Positions 12,501-20,751 of a DNA stretch of 64,000 nt are shown here, one piece after another. Position numbers and translations under genes: made by a program. How positions within the stretch are numbered: the first letter of the stretch is position 1; the number at the start of each line of letters is the position of its first letter. Origin of the DNA: a virus; IMG/VR virus record IMGVR_UViG_3300044629_000431, positions 32,001 through 96,000 of that record; one strand, 5' to 3'. The notes below the pieces were generated by a model. It was given only the letters and a program-made list of their open reading frames with translations, had not been told where the DNA came from and did not search any database.

Positions 12501-15429
12501 TGATTACATCACCATCATTAAAATTATGATCATTGAAAATAACAGAGTCAGTTTCGGTAGAAATTCCTGAAGATTTTACATATAAGTTTCTATTCTGATA
12601 TCCACTTCCTGGTTCAATTACTTTGATATCTCTTAATGTATTTTTCTCAAGTGTTCTAAATTTATGAATTCCAGCAGTATTCTCTGTTGTAAATCCAACA
12701 GTATTCAAACCAACATAAAAGTCGTTGACAGTTTGGTATAACTTAATGGTGCTTGGGTTTACAACCTGAACATAATATTCAGAACCACTTACTAAAGTCT
12801 TATTTTGTATTTTATTAAAAACATTATCTGGTGGACCAAACGTTCCTATTCCTAAACTTGAATTGCCATTATTATTATAGATTATTGTTTGACCATTTGT
12901 AAAATTATGATTTGCTAAGAAAGTAATGGTCTCATTTGTGGCATCAATTCCACCACCATAAAGGTTTTCTCTAGCATCAAATTCAACTTCTCTATATCTT
13001 TTTGAAAGGATGGGTTTTAATATAGCACCATTACCATTTCCGCCAGTTATTGTGGCAGATACTACGGTCTCAACATCAAAGTCTTGAGGATCGACCAAAA
13101 CAGATTCTACAGATCCACTAACGACTGGTTTGACGAGTGCTGTAGTAAATCCAGAAGATGGCGAATCAACTACAATCTGAGGTGGATTTAGGACATCATA
13201 TCCTGAACCAGAGTTTACAACTTTTACGCTGGATAGTGGTCCATAATAAACCTTATCGTTTGTTTTTGGACTTAGAATCTCTACACCATTGATTAGAAGA
13301 CCAACTCCTCCAGGAATTGTTTTTTCAGCACTTCCAAGAGATAGGTTTCTTTCGAGAGGAAACTTTCTAAGTATTTTTTGAGGACTAATGAGGAATTTTT
13401 TATGTCTTGACAATACAAACTGGTGATATCCTGTTCCTGCTGCTAATTCACCAAATTCCAAATACTCTGAGGTTCCAACAAAAGATCTAGAAGCGTATAG
13501 TCTAATTTGGTTTGCTGAACTTAAAACCTGAACATAATAAGTATTTCCAGAAATTAAACCAGGCATTGCCGTTTTTTCTGGGAAATAAACAACCTCATCT
13601 CCAGTTATGAATGGTACGTTTGTTGAGAATGATATGATAGAGTAAAGTAACGTAGTTACGTTTAAGTCTTGTAAACGAGAACCATTCGCCTCACTAATTG
13701 TAGACTGAGAAATATTTTTAGAAATAGTATATTTCGGTAAGCAGTTAGAAGCTACGTATGAATATTGGTTATCAGTGTATAAGTTTTGAATATCACTTAT
13801 GAGTTTATTATTTCCATACTGAAGTGCTGCACCAGAACTAGAAGCCTTTTTAATATTTCTTCTAATATCATAACTTAATGAAGATGATGGTGAAAAAGAT
13901 CCCAACCCGTTAAGAATAACCTGTTTTGTTGTGGTATTGATGACAGAAACCGTTGCATTTGCTGCGGCAACAGTTTGAGAACCTCTTACGAGTACATCTA
14001 CAGAGTCCCCTACTTTTAAACTTGATTTATCAATAGGACTCAATACTGTAAATGTAGATCCAGAAATTGATTCAACTTGATATCTTGAACTTGTGTTGTA
14101 AATCCAAGAATTAGCGAAAATTTCTTTAAATGTTTTATTCTCTGATGGGTTTTTAATTGACTGACCAAGATTTCTGACACCAACATACTGACCCTCATCT
14201 ACCAAAGATATTGTTCCTGTCGGAACAAACTCTGAAAGAACACCAGTAAGTCTTAGTTCAACCTTTTTAGTTGTATCTCCACCCTCATAACCAAAGGCAA
14301 TTTCATCAGAACGAATATTTGAAGCAATAGAAATTGCACTTGTGACACCAGAGCAACCAAGAAATTGGTTTACACTTTTATCTGAATAAGATATTTTATT
14401 AGAACCACTTATAAGCGTTCCAGTTTGCCCAAAACCAATTGTAGAGTCTACCGAAATAATTGATGCACCAACAGATACATTTTCTAGTGCTTTTGTATTA
14501 CCCGTAATATTGAAGTTACCCTCTCCACGATCTTGCTCATCATATCCAATGAAGAGAGATAGTTTATAATATGTTTTATTATTTCTTGAAATAATTTCAA
14601 CTTCAGAAACGGAACCTTGTGTTCTTTGATCCGTAGATTTTCTAATAGTCTGTCCAACTAACTTAAGAGGATCGCCAGACAATGCCTCTGCAACTATAAC
14701 TTCTCTTCTGGAAAACTTGGCAGAAGATGGTTTTGAAAGATAGTTTTCAAGATCTATTACACTAACGTTTTCATTATATAAAACTCTAAACAGGATCTTA
14801 AAGGACTCTTCTGTTCCTTTTGACTGATAAAGACTTCTTGCTTCTTTGATGAAGTTACTTACATCAAGGTTTGGAGTAAATGCAACATTCTCTAAACCAG
14901 GAACGAAAGTGTATTTAATTTTATTGTAAAACTCTTGTAAAAAGAGTGAGCTTAGGTTTTTAACTTCTACGCCACTGGTATGGATTCCTGCCTTTGAAGT
15001 TGAGAATTCTAACTCTTCTGGGTTGTTAACCTGACTATAAGTTGTAATTCCACTAAAACCACGAATACAACCAGTAAAACTGTTTGTAGTAATACCTGTG
15101 TAGGTAATGATCTCATTATCAATTTTTAAGAGACCATACTGATCTGGAAATCCTTTTGTAGAACCAACTACAATGGTATCAGATGTTGTTGTGAGAGTGT
15201 TCTGTAGTGTGGTCTTTCCACTTATTACATTTGTAGTTAGATTATCAACCTTTAAATATTGATCTAAGTTCTCAGCAATATCTACAGGACCACCTTGATA
15301 CTCCTGTGAGATGTAGTATTGCTTTAAAAAATCTACTGCTTTTGGAGACTCCGAGAGTAAAAATTCTGGTAGTTGATTTTGTACAATTTGTTGAATCTTT
15401 ACCCTTCTATCAAAACCAGTTTCGATCAT
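3520..15429 (-). CDS. gp7: Baseplate wedge initiator gp7 (3969 aa, with an internal YHYH-like domain)
   Basis: N-terminal QLPEF..FLKQYY and LYQSKGTEESFKILFRVLY, many G.GY repeats, HSPIIGWAYDGNPIYGPFGY segment; lies between gp6 and gp8. Confidence 0.85.
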   Translation of the reverse strand: MIETGFDRRVKIQQIVQNQLPEFLLSESPKAVDFLKQYYISQEYQGGPVDIAENLDQYLKVDNLTTNVISGKTTLQNTLTTTSDTIVVGSTKGFPDQYGLLKIDNEIITYTGITTNSFTGCIRGFSGITTYSQVNNPEELEFSTSKAGIHTSGVEVKNLSSLFLQEFYNKIKYTFVPGLENVAFTPNLDVSNFIKEARSLYQSKGTEESFKILFRVLYNENVSVIDLENYLSKPSSAKFSRREVIVAEALSGDPLKLVGQTIRKSTDQRTQGSVSEVEIISRNNKTYYKLSLFIGYDEQDRGEGNFNITGNTKALENVSVGASIISVDSTIGFGQTGTLISGSNKISYSDKSVNQFLGCSGVTSAISIASNIRSDEIAFGYEGGDTTKKVELRLTGVLSEFVPTGTISLVDEGQYVGVRNLGQSIKNPSENKTFKEIFANSWIYNTSSRYQVESISGSTFTVLSPIDKSSLKVGDSVDVLVRGSQTVAAANATVSVINTTTKQVILNGLGSFSPSSSLSYDIRRNIKKASSSGAALQYGNNKLISDIQNLYTDNQYSYVASNCLPKYTISKNISQSTISEANGSRLQDLNVTTLLYSIISFSTNVPFITGDEVVYFPEKTAMPGLISGNTYYVQVLSSANQIRLYASRSFVGTSEYLEFGELAAGTGYHQFVLSRHKKFLISPQKILRKFPLERNLSLGSAEKTIPGGVGLLINGVEILSPKTNDKVYYGPLSSVKVVNSGSGYDVLNPPQIVVDSPSSGFTTALVKPVVSGSVESVLVDPQDFDVETVVSATITGGNGNGAILKPILSKRYREVEFDARENLYGGGIDATNETITFLANHNFTNGQTIIYNNNGNSSLGIGTFGPPDNVFNKIQNKTLVSGSEYYVQVVNPSTIKLYQTVNDFYVGLNTVGFTTENTAGIHKFRTLEKNTLRDIKVIEPGSGYQNRNLYVKSSGISTETDSVIFNDHNFNDGDVIRYETTGTPISGLSTANSYYILKTDNNSFKLANAGIGASISSNYERRNYVKLSSTGSGYHIFKYPNIEVTVNVSFGSSVVGVITATPVIKGQIVDAYLYEQGTGYGSDIINFSKNPNITIKTGKNAEVAPIIKNGRIIDVQVLSGGSEYYSVPNLRIIGDGYGAILRPVISNQKLVDVVVINSGVNYNQATTTINVIPSGSGAVLTSSVRSLTLNEQYRNTEDTLIETLNNLQYSVVGYSTSVLGTEFNDNGVNHSPIIGWAYDGNPIYGPFGYSDPQNTSSPISLIQSGYVLDTSNVVNRPSVFGSGFFVDDYRFTNSGNLDVHNGRFCKTPEFPNGTYAYFVGVTTNPATSTLTPAYPYFVGDSYRSNVNTDNFILNQTFDFNNSGLVRNTFPYKAGEKYADNDFFIESNEIVNQQTKIESVTKGSVTSVSILNSGDGYRVGENTVFDDSGTNGSGLSLEISEVEGKPIVEISTEVETYSNSIFVWKDKETIEAYITPYHTVSDNEYVTVSGLSTTIYKLTGTHKVGVTTNTLVLLKNISAVVSPGTVEDIFVSTIPASVSVGSTLTIGIGGSETVKVLNVYNEGSILRVRRSDTGVAHTSSTPINVLPNKIEIPVKASYFDSKVRDVIYFNSRQSVGVGTTLGLSSNVSNTVGGVSKNVSVPNQSIYIPNHPFKTGQQVSFAKQSGASALICSADQGATTVNLPASSNSQTVYIINKSKDYIGIATLVGLTTNTEGLSFLTNGSDNYEYNISGLSTQVTGKVQKINSRVSVSTSHGLKIGDTISLNVEPNVTTGIGTSGSVILRYNQEYDKILVNPIGFNSTGINTSSSRITLDASNLKTGDKVFYDSSDSIASGLETGTYFVYKIDDNTIKLTDTYLDTTLAYPNTVSIVGAGGSQHSLSLINPQIPVVKNSDLVFNVSHSSLQGKKLKIFYDQNFNNEFIAVGNTNTFNTIGVGTVGITSTATFTLKYSSGIPSKLYYSLENSGYISTSDKEVKFNSEISFVDSAYNGNYVVTGVGNTTFNIALRKTPEKYTLTQSQCDTLKYSTSSPTASGGVSKLKTIFGGYNYKKLPKFVGFSSSSGENANLVAKSTEVGNINKTRILNYGFEYSSDKTLKPEAAVSPIVYIQNSNTISDIDVLYGGKNYSSAPNLVIVDPDTGTLIDSNSLSCSLFGSAISSVNIISQPYGLNSSKQRIVAVDNDNGVSISSITSSPAGIVTCVISTPILGFTTNVFSAGEEIFVEGIEKDNPSGQGFNSADYGYRFFTVSAYYNTNPAVVEFNLAGIATNAGLAKTNQGYATIIAKRNYPTFDTTQEFALFEKNEKLLTDTGTGYIERDLSVTDSTRNYIKISGSYILEVGERLKGKNSGVKATVQSLDNNAGYFEVSYASRQDYGWTTDTGKLDETYQVTSDNDYYQNLSYSVRSKIQYQDLVNPVNRLLHTSGLKNFSDTQVVSESDSVVSYASTTNDTIVLDVTEEKRVDAINNIDLTVDVDTSTNQTKSKFIKFQNKKLTDYIKCVSNRVLVMDNISSRFSNKETGIEPFVDIDTFDDTYSKYLIQILDPASSERQVSEIVALKDDTNAYVLEKAFLTNTDIPLGTLSGKSDSESQTLRFTPADPYDTDYDIKIIKNKFNSIVNGIGTQSVGFVNLTGINTVVGVGTTVKLVSYRTNNFDSFYANIEILNTVTNKMNYVELFLDHDGTNTYQSDFYFDSTGTEGNSSNYMGVFDSSIQSGILTVTYYNTESNQILVRSNIVGFGTTAVGVGTYRFLADGQPEGSESSARYESNYTVSSGSTSVIGVSTENVSALKSIVRVSYGNTSAVHQVLMLQDETNVYTVQYPFLSIGSTSGIGTFGGEILGSKAYLKFYPDASIGANVEVQSFSEVLYDTNDYDNTPEQLDYGTASSLVQLSAYDAINGNRANRLDFDVRYSGTPIFVKTFNPFTTSILNPETGIFTIPNHFFSTGEELYYEPGSSFVGVAGTGIGIGLTESYLGVTTNILPPVVYALKINDSQFRLSTKKQYANAGIYVTFTTAVGSGNVHTLEMSKKLEKSLISLNGVVQKPLSFVPISYNVANNFGQVSTATTYFALSGISSIKPKDVLKISSEYCNVVEVGFGTTSSGPITGLGTFPLVQVNRGFVGSSATTHNDGSPVEIYRGAYNITKNKIWFTEAPKGNPRQIRDRSNILYPKTTFTGRVYLRNDYATNTIYDDISDRFTGIGQTYTLTVRGINTTGIETGNGVLFLNDIFQTPTTDNNAGNNFSLGGFGTGISSVTFSGITSTNGQIVISSDVNQNQLPRGGVIVSLGSTSGAGFAPLVGAAVTAVVGAGGSIVSVGLGTLDVFGSGYRSPVSIAITDSSHTGTAASITAVVGAGGTLSFVVNSGGTGYNTSTVKINVPQPSYENLSVVGTYRAGIGSTTVTGSNLLLTLDVGAISTTGIGSTLFEVSSFKIARPGYGFRIGDKFKPVGLVTARGLSAPLQDFELTVLDVFTDSFSFWQFGELDYIDSIKNLQNGVRKRFPLYYNGQLLSFEIDPSDTSSVNIDLNAVLLIFINGVAQEPGTSYVFEGGTSFVFADPPRSEDNVAVFFYRGTRGTDSFTVNINETLKIGDSVQIFRNNEYPSTVTQEIRDITNIVGSDKIETNIYTGAGIDETFFKPLTWIKQKVDKVINGDVVSKSRDSLETQIYPTSKIIKDIKSTDTEIFVDNAQFFNYEENNYAITITDVDGIIVQANDPVSAAITATVSAAGTISALTITNAGSGYTGTATVKIAAPKAIGVGVGSTATATVSIVGGSISSTNITSPGFGYTTTNPPQVIVSYPDIQVEQVTNITTVEGFSGIITGISTTTGTSGNPLALNFFVQGPSAFTGLNTGYPLLIKNTLVGNGVTSLYDSNSAVVAISTSYLDNIYFVSNLVVSGTNAVITVNVKSDTNITGIQTSGISTCGEYSWGKLSGLSRASSPVAIGVSGLTVDSGLSTFPTIQRRGFGLRDTGALRKQSNV

Positions 15430-15432
15430 ATT

Positions 15433-17361
15433 TTATTTCCTCTCTAGTTCTCCGTTAGAGTAGCTTGATGTATAGTAATCTCTTGTAAAAGTAACCCCAG
15501 AGATATCCTCTCCAGAAGAAATGACATCCTTAACCATATTTATGGTGCTATCTGAAATACTAAAACTTAAATATAGGTCACTTAAACCAACAACATCATT
15601 TGATTCTGGATATGCTTGAACCTCAATAATATTATTTTCTTTTTCTGTTGATATGATATTAATTGTGTTTATGGTAATTTCACCTTTGGTATAATCAATA
15701 ACCCCAGCAGAAGAAACTAAAACTCGATAACTTCCATCTGCATTTCTTTTAACGACAGATAGAACTCCTTTTCCACTACCATCTAACTCACCAGTTCCTG
15801 GAATTGTGTTTGGTGTATCAGTGAAATGAACCATATCTGGTTCATTGCTAATATAAAAACCAGTACTCTTAATATTATATCCGTCACAATTGATGTGAAA
15901 CTTATTACCAAAGCACAACTCATACTGTGCAAACTGATTTAATAATGCTTTCAGATTTCTACGTACTCTTACCTTCGTGATATTTGAAGTAATTGATCTA
16001 TCTGCATTATCAATAACTTGAAGTATTTTACTATATTTGAATCTTCCACCAAACTTATTCAAGTCAATGGAAGAAGCATAAGTATTCAATGCATTTGTAA
16101 CTGTGGTCTTTAAGTTATCTACGCTTGAAACTTGAGGTGCATTGTAGTAAATTGAGGAGTCAATCTCAACATACAATACTTTCAGATCGACAATTTCTTG
16201 GTTGATACCACTCAAAGAGTATTGCTTGAGTTTTGTTAGTATATTTCCCTTATCAAAGTCTGATAGATAGTCTCCATTTTTTGGTTTGATACTAATCAGA
16301 ACTTTTCCAAACTGTGGTGGATCTAACTCTTCTCCACCGACAACAGAGACAGACTCGGTGTTTGGATATATTTGCTGAATAATTGCCTCATAGTCTCTAG
16401 CAGTTACTGCTCTGTACTGAGCAGAATAGAGTCTTGGTGCAAAATATTTGACAGATGATACAGGTTCAATGTCACCACCATTCATTGCCTTCTGAATAGT
16501 AGTCATTGTTACTGAACTAGAAGGAATCGCAACGTTATTACTTGCGTCTCTTAATGAACCAGAGAAACTAAACTCAGATGGTCCATTACCTTCTTTTCCA
16601 TCAGTCACAATATAAGTGACAGTAACAACAGAACTGTTCTCTAACTTTTTACCAAACAGTCCGTCACCAAATAGAATTTCATACTTTTCGTCCTGAACTT
16701 CCTGAAGAAGATAAATTTCAGAAGTTCTTTCAACTCCAATGATATTATCGACTTTTGAGTATTCTCTTCCAAGACCACTATCGGAAGGTCCCTTTACATA
16801 AACAACAATGGTTGAAGTATCAATGAATGAGTTATCAAGAATAAAACGTTGATCCAGAGAACCATCTACAACAAATTGCTTTGTCAAGAACGTTCCCTGA
16901 TACACTTCAATTGGTGCATCTGTCGTACCAAATGTGGCAACTCCACCACTGATAGTGGTAGAGACGTTTTCTGGTATTGAGAAGGTATATGTGCTCTGTT
17001 CTGCCGTTCCAACACACACCAGACCCGCCTGCAAGGTCAATGTGGGACTTGTTGAGGTAGTTGGTACGTTAATAGTTACGTGCGCTCTTGCCGCTGTTCT
17101 AGAGCGTGGTGTGTAACCAATATTTCTTGCCAGTGAAACAACATTTTCTCTGAGAGTTGCAGAGTCCAGAAAGGACTCATTCACAATCATATTTGAGTTA
17201 AATGCTGTAATATATGTGTTATATGCTAACGTATCGATCAGAACAGAAAAGTTTGAACCCTCAAAGTCAAAGTCTGTAAAGTTGGAGTTCGCACGAAGAT
17301 AATCCTTGATGGATGTCTTGATCTGATCAAAATCGAGGTTGGTAAATTTAGTGAAAGGCAT
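15433..17361 (-). CDS. gp6: Baseplate wedge subunit gp6
   Basis: LDFDQIK..FTDFDFEGS, NESFLDSATLRENVVSLARNIGY, AQYRAVTARDY. Confidence 0.95.
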   Translation of the reverse strand: MPFTKFTNLDFDQIKTSIKDYLRANSNFTDFDFEGSNFSVLIDTLAYNTYITAFNSNMIVNESFLDSATLRENVVSLARNIGYTPRSRTAARAHVTINVPTTSTSPTLTLQAGLVCVGTAEQSTYTFSIPENVSTTISGGVATFGTTDAPIEVYQGTFLTKQFVVDGSLDQRFILDNSFIDTSTIVVYVKGPSDSGLGREYSKVDNIIGVERTSEIYLLQEVQDEKYEILFGDGLFGKKLENSSVVTVTYIVTDGKEGNGPSEFSFSGSLRDASNNVAIPSSSVTMTTIQKAMNGGDIEPVSSVKYFAPRLYSAQYRAVTARDYEAIIQQIYPNTESVSVVGGEELDPPQFGKVLISIKPKNGDYLSDFDKGNILTKLKQYSLSGINQEIVDLKVLYVEIDSSIYYNAPQVSSVDNLKTTVTNALNTYASSIDLNKFGGRFKYSKILQVIDNADRSITSNITKVRVRRNLKALLNQFAQYELCFGNKFHINCDGYNIKSTGFYISNEPDMVHFTDTPNTIPGTGELDGSGKGVLSVVKRNADGSYRVLVSSAGVIDYTKGEITINTINIISTEKENNIIEVQAYPESNDVVGLSDLYLSFSISDSTINMVKDVISSGEDISGVTFTRDYYTSSYSNGELERK

Positions 17362-17362
17362 T

Positions 17363-17764
17363 TTATCTTGTTGCCTCTAATATGAATGTAAACGCTTGTG
17401 TCGGAACATCTTGTCCAATAATATCAAATATTACGGTTACATTGAATGTATTCTCATCGGGTGATGGTTCAACATCCACTCGTGTATTTGTAACACGTGG
17501 TTCAAAGTTTCGAATCGTTGTAAGAATCTGGTCCTCAATAATTGCCGCAGTACCATAGTCAACAAATTCAAACAGACTTGAGCGTACTTCAGAACCCAAC
17601 AGGGAGTTAAAGAATCTCTCTGTTGGGATTGTTTCGACTAAATTTCTGACGGAACGACGAATTGCATTCTCATTCTTAAGAATTGGCAGATCCTTTGTAA
17701 CAGGATGAGGATCGAAGGACAAACTAATGTCCTTGAAGGCTCTTGATACTCTGGTAACTGCCAT
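17363..17764 (-). CDS. gp25: Baseplate wedge protein gp25
   Basis: FKDISLSF..HP, NENAIRRSVRNLV.T...ER.F, FEPRV. Confidence 0.93.
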   Translation of the reverse strand: MAVTRVSRAFKDISLSFDPHPVTKDLPILKNENAIRRSVRNLVETIPTERFFNSLLGSEVRSSLFEFVDYGTAAIIEDQILTTIRNFEPRVTNTRVDVEPSPDENTFNVTVIFDIIGQDVPTQAFTFILEATR

Positions 17765-17786
17765 TTGGACGTGGATTTTCTCTCAT

Positions 17787-17793
17787 TATTTAT
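17787..17793 (-). promoter_or_regulatory. Late promoter (ATAAATA) for the gp25-gp6-gp7 operon
   Basis: ATAAATA 22 nt upstream of the gp25 ATG. Confidence 0.7.
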
Positions 17794-17796
17794 GAG

Positions 17797-18039
17797 TTAT
17801 TTCCAAGGAATCCCATAAGATGGTTCAGTCCCATAGTTCCAATCATCGTAATCTTCATCATTACGAATTTTTTCATGCAACTCTTCTTGTTTTTTCAGAT
17901 CATGGCGTGGTGCAACATCGTGCATGACTTCTTGAATCACTCTTTTTGGTTTAATATCACCATAATCAGTGATTAAATGAGATGTTCCCCACATCTCTCT
18001 CATGTAATTACTGTCTCTATCGACGGGTAAGTTCGACAT
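17797..18039 (-). CDS. Conserved cyanophage hypothetical protein
   Basis: 80-aa ORF with AGGAG Shine-Dalgarno, co-oriented with neighbours. Confidence 0.75.
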   Translation of the reverse strand: MSNLPVDRDSNYMREMWGTSHLITDYGDIKPKRVIQEVMHDVAPRHDLKKQEELHEKIRNDEDYDDWNYGTEPSYGIPWK

Positions 18040-18106
18040 TTTAGCTCCTGTTTTAATGAATAAAACAGAACTTTTATAAAGGAGGTTGCTATCTCCTTAT
18101 TTCTAT

Positions 18107-18448
18107 TTAACGTTCGACTTCACGAAGCGAATATGAGTCAGAATTGAGGTATTTGAGTATTTCTAAGGCAATTAAACGTGGGTTTCCTTCACCACAAGTG
18201 TACACATCGACTGCCAAACACCCATTTTCTGGCCAAGTATGACAAGAAACATGACTTTCTGCCAGTGCAATGACGACTGTGCATCCTTGTGGTAGAAAAC
18301 AATGCGAAAATGTGTTCAAAATTGTCATTTTCGCACGCTCTATGCCCCTAATCATGACGTTCTGTAGAGATTCTACGTCATTAATCAGATCAAACTGAAC
18401 ATCATACACCTCTAAGAGGAGGTGTTTACCCATCGAAAACTGTTCCAA
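18107..18448 (-). CDS. speD: S-adenosylmethionine decarboxylase proenzyme
   Basis: GKHLL, LAESHVSCHTWPE (E|S autocleavage site) and AVDVYTCG; ATAAATA late promoter at 18470-18476. Confidence 0.95.
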   Translation of the reverse strand: MEQFSMGKHLLLEVYDVQFDLINDVESLQNVMIRGIERAKMTILNTFSHCFLPQGCTVVIALAESHVSCHTWPENGCLAVDVYTCGEGNPRLIALEILKYLNSDSYSLREVER

Positions 18449-18472
18449 CTCAATTTTTATGAAAAAATTTAT

Positions 18473-19156
18473 TTATTCTACCTCTTCAACGTAAAATCCA
18501 CGCCGAACATCACTTAAATGACCATTTGCAGAGTAATAACGGAGATCAGATTCGTGATTTGGAGAAAATTTTAAGTGTTTTTTTGCATTTATCCCATCTT
18601 CATCCCATATTGGATACACTTTTGACCCCATAGGAAGATTCCATATCTGATCATTACCAGTTCGAAGATGAATTTCAAACGGTTTTCCACCTTTTGACTC
18701 AACATTCAAGTACTCTACATCAATTTCTTCAATAAAATTGGGTAGTTTAAACTCTGGTATCGCAACTTTTGTCCAAACTTCAAAACGAGTTAGATTATTT
18801 TCTGTTTCATGAGTGCCAATCATCGCACTAAATGGAATCCAACATCCATTTTCACGTTTATAGTCAATACTAAAATGATCTCCCTCTAGATATTCACACC
18901 AGAAATATCCAGGGGAGACGTATTGATGAAGAATCATTTCTTCGGTATGTAATTTTGGATCAAGGAATTGTTTTTTAGCACCAATTCCTTGACCAAATAA
19001 ATTGTAGATTGGTCTTATAATATAAAAACCTTTCTTTTGAATCGGAACACAAGCAGGACCTGCATCATAACCACATCGTAGAGCAATGTCTAATTTATTG
19101 AATACCCAACGATATTGAGGATAAGATCTCCAAGCTTGCACATCGTCATCAATCAT
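18473..19156 (-). CDS. ATP-grasp-like protein
   Basis: IIRP...G.G.G, EYLEG..FSID and LNVE....FEIHLR resemble ATP-grasp motifs. Confidence 0.5.
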   Translation of the reverse strand: MIDDDVQAWRSYPQYRWVFNKLDIALRCGYDAGPACVPIQKKGFYIIRPIYNLFGQGIGAKKQFLDPKLHTEEMILHQYVSPGYFWCEYLEGDHFSIDYKRENGCWIPFSAMIGTHETENNLTRFEVWTKVAIPEFKLPNFIEEIDVEYLNVESKGGKPFEIHLRTGNDQIWNLPMGSKVYPIWDEDGINAKKHLKFSPNHESDLRYYSANGHLSDVRRGFYVEEVE

Positions 19157-19311
19157 CCTTTACCTTGACCCCTATACTTCTTTCGTGCTCCATTGCGAGA
19201 AGACGCGGCATATTTGGTTCCGTTCCCAGTGCCTTGGCGAGATTTCTTAGGAGGTCCAGGAATATAAGACGTGCGCTTATTCAGTCCGCCAGTTTTTGCT
19301 TTTGCAGCCAT
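19153..19311 (-). CDS. Small basic hypothetical protein (52 aa)
   Basis: Manual translation MAAKAKTGGLNKRTSYIPGPPKKSRQGTGNGTKYAASSRNGARKKYRGQGKG; ATGA overlap with the next gene. Confidence 0.75.
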   Translation of the reverse strand: MAAKAKTGGLNKRTSYIPGPPKKSRQGTGNGTKYAASSRNGARKKYRGQGKG

Positions 19312-19478
19312 TGATTATTCTCCAATAAAATTTCAGTTTCAAGATCTTCAGGTCGTGGAGAACCTGTCTGATAAAACTCTATCGACAGATCCTCCATGGT
19401 ATCGAAATATTCTTCCTCTGAAAGCGCAGTATAAATGCGCTTTCCTTTGCACAAAATGTTATAGCGTTCGTTAGCCAT
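19281..19478 (-). CDS. Hypothetical protein (MANERYNILCKG..., 65 aa)
   Basis: Start reassigned to the ATG immediately after the stop of the upstream gene. Confidence 0.7.
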   Translation of the reverse strand: MANERYNILCKGKRIYTALSEEEYFDTMEDLSIEFYQTGSPRPEDLETEILLENNQWLQKQKLAD

Positions 19479-19479
19479 C

Positions 19480-20235
19480 TCAAATGATTCTTGTTTTTTC
19501 GTGACCAACGCGAACGCGAGGATCACACCAGATTTCAAAGCCTGCTTCCTTTGCATCCAAACAGAACGATACGTCTTCTCCACACATGTCCTGTACTTCA
19601 CCAGACTCAAAGACTTGCATCTTCGGTGCAAACCAAGGATACTTCATCTCAGGATGCTCAAAGACTCCTTTCTTAATCAGCAACCATCCAAAACCTGCAT
19701 AGTCAACAGTAAATGGCTTCCGACGCTTTTGAATCGTTTCTACGGTTTCATGATTCATCACACCACCATTGTTACGGAAGTCTTCCTCTTCCATCCAATG
19801 AGCAACAGATGTCGTGACACCATCTTCGGTTGCATACCAACCAGAAGCAATGTCTTGATCCATCAGAACCAGTTGCCAGAACTTTTCAGTATTGAATACA
19901 ATATCACTATCAATCCAAAGTTGCCAGTCATAGTTCAGTTTCCCATCCCAGGGAACCTGATCAGGACCACGCAGAACATTTGCACCCAGACACTTACAAC
20001 GTGCAAAGTTCACCATCGAACTGTAGTCTTGAGAGATCTGAATGCTTGCACCTGCCTGAACAAGATCAAAGCAGAGTTGTACAAAGTTCTTCAGATACGT
20101 GTAAGAAACACCTCTTCCAGGAAGACAGAATACAACTGACTTTCCTCTGACCATTTCTTTTGCCAAGTTGTAGTCCCATTCCTGTTCTTTTGCTACAACT
20201 GGAGTTTTTGCTTTTACGGTAAATCCTTTAGCCAT
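19480..20235 (-). CDS. Glycosyltransferase family 2-like protein
   Basis: LWIDSDI (DxD), GFGWLLIKKGVFE, GEDVSFC, IWCDP...VGH. Confidence 0.75.
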   Translation of the reverse strand: MAKGFTVKAKTPVVAKEQEWDYNLAKEMVRGKSVVFCLPGRGVSYTYLKNFVQLCFDLVQAGASIQISQDYSSMVNFARCKCLGANVLRGPDQVPWDGKLNYDWQLWIDSDIVFNTEKFWQLVLMDQDIASGWYATEDGVTTSVAHWMEEEDFRNNGGVMNHETVETIQKRRKPFTVDYAGFGWLLIKKGVFEHPEMKYPWFAPKMQVFESGEVQDMCGEDVSFCLDAKEAGFEIWCDPRVRVGHEKTRII

Positions 20236-20258
20236 AGAGTTGATAAATTTACATTCAT

Positions 20259-20287
20259 ATCATACAGTATTATCTATGTAAAGTCAA
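20259..20287 (-). promoter_or_regulatory. Sigma70-type promoter TTGACT-17-TATGAT
   Basis: Canonical 17-bp spacing directly upstream of the GT2-like gene. Confidence 0.75.
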
Positions 20288-20445
20288 GCAGAGAGTTCTT
20301 GAAAACTTAAGTCTTCTTTGCGGTAGTTTCCAATCAATTCTACAACGTGATTTAACATATCCCAGGTTTGATGAAAGTCTGTTTCAGTAAGATCTTCATA
20401 GATGCATTTCTCTTGAACGTAAATGCAGTAATGCTTTTCATTCAT
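20284..20445 (-). CDS. Hypothetical protein (53 aa)
   Basis: Manual translation MNEKHYCIYVQEKCIYEDLTETDFHQTWDMLNH...; weakly resembles the 19281-19478 product. Confidence 0.65.
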   Translation of the reverse strand: MNEKHYCIYVQEKCIYEDLTETDFHQTWDMLNHVVELIGNYRKEDLSFQELSA

Positions 20446-20611
20446 CACGTTCACTTAGAACAACCTCATCACCTTCTATTTTAACACATATCTCAGTATC
20501 TTCATACCATGAGAGTTCATTGATGATTGCTTCTGGTATATTAATAAAGTACTCACCAGTAATTGGATCGACTTGTAGGGGTTGAAAAAATTCTCCGGAG
20601 TTTTTCTTCAT
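20438..20611 (-). CDS. AbrB/MazE/SpoVT-like DNA-binding protein (57 aa)
   Basis: YFINIPEAIINELSWYEDTEICVKIEGDEVVL pattern; start trimmed to MKKNSG. Confidence 0.65.
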   Translation of the reverse strand: MKKNSGEFFQPLQVDPITGEYFINIPEAIINELSWYEDTEICVKIEGDEVVLSERDE

Positions 20612-20751
20612 TGAATGTATTATATGATTCGATTTTGTTTTTTTATATAGTACTTTTATACCTTTGATTATATCTCCGGGAAATTTTGAATTCGATGAAT
20701 ATTGATCGCTCGTTTTGGGTCGTTTATAGCTTACAGGGACCCAGAGGATTA

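Noticed and set aside
19501-20139. 212-aa plus-strand ORF, and the other short plus-strand ORFs in the track
   Set aside because: They lie opposite well-supported minus-strand genes and show no recognisable features.
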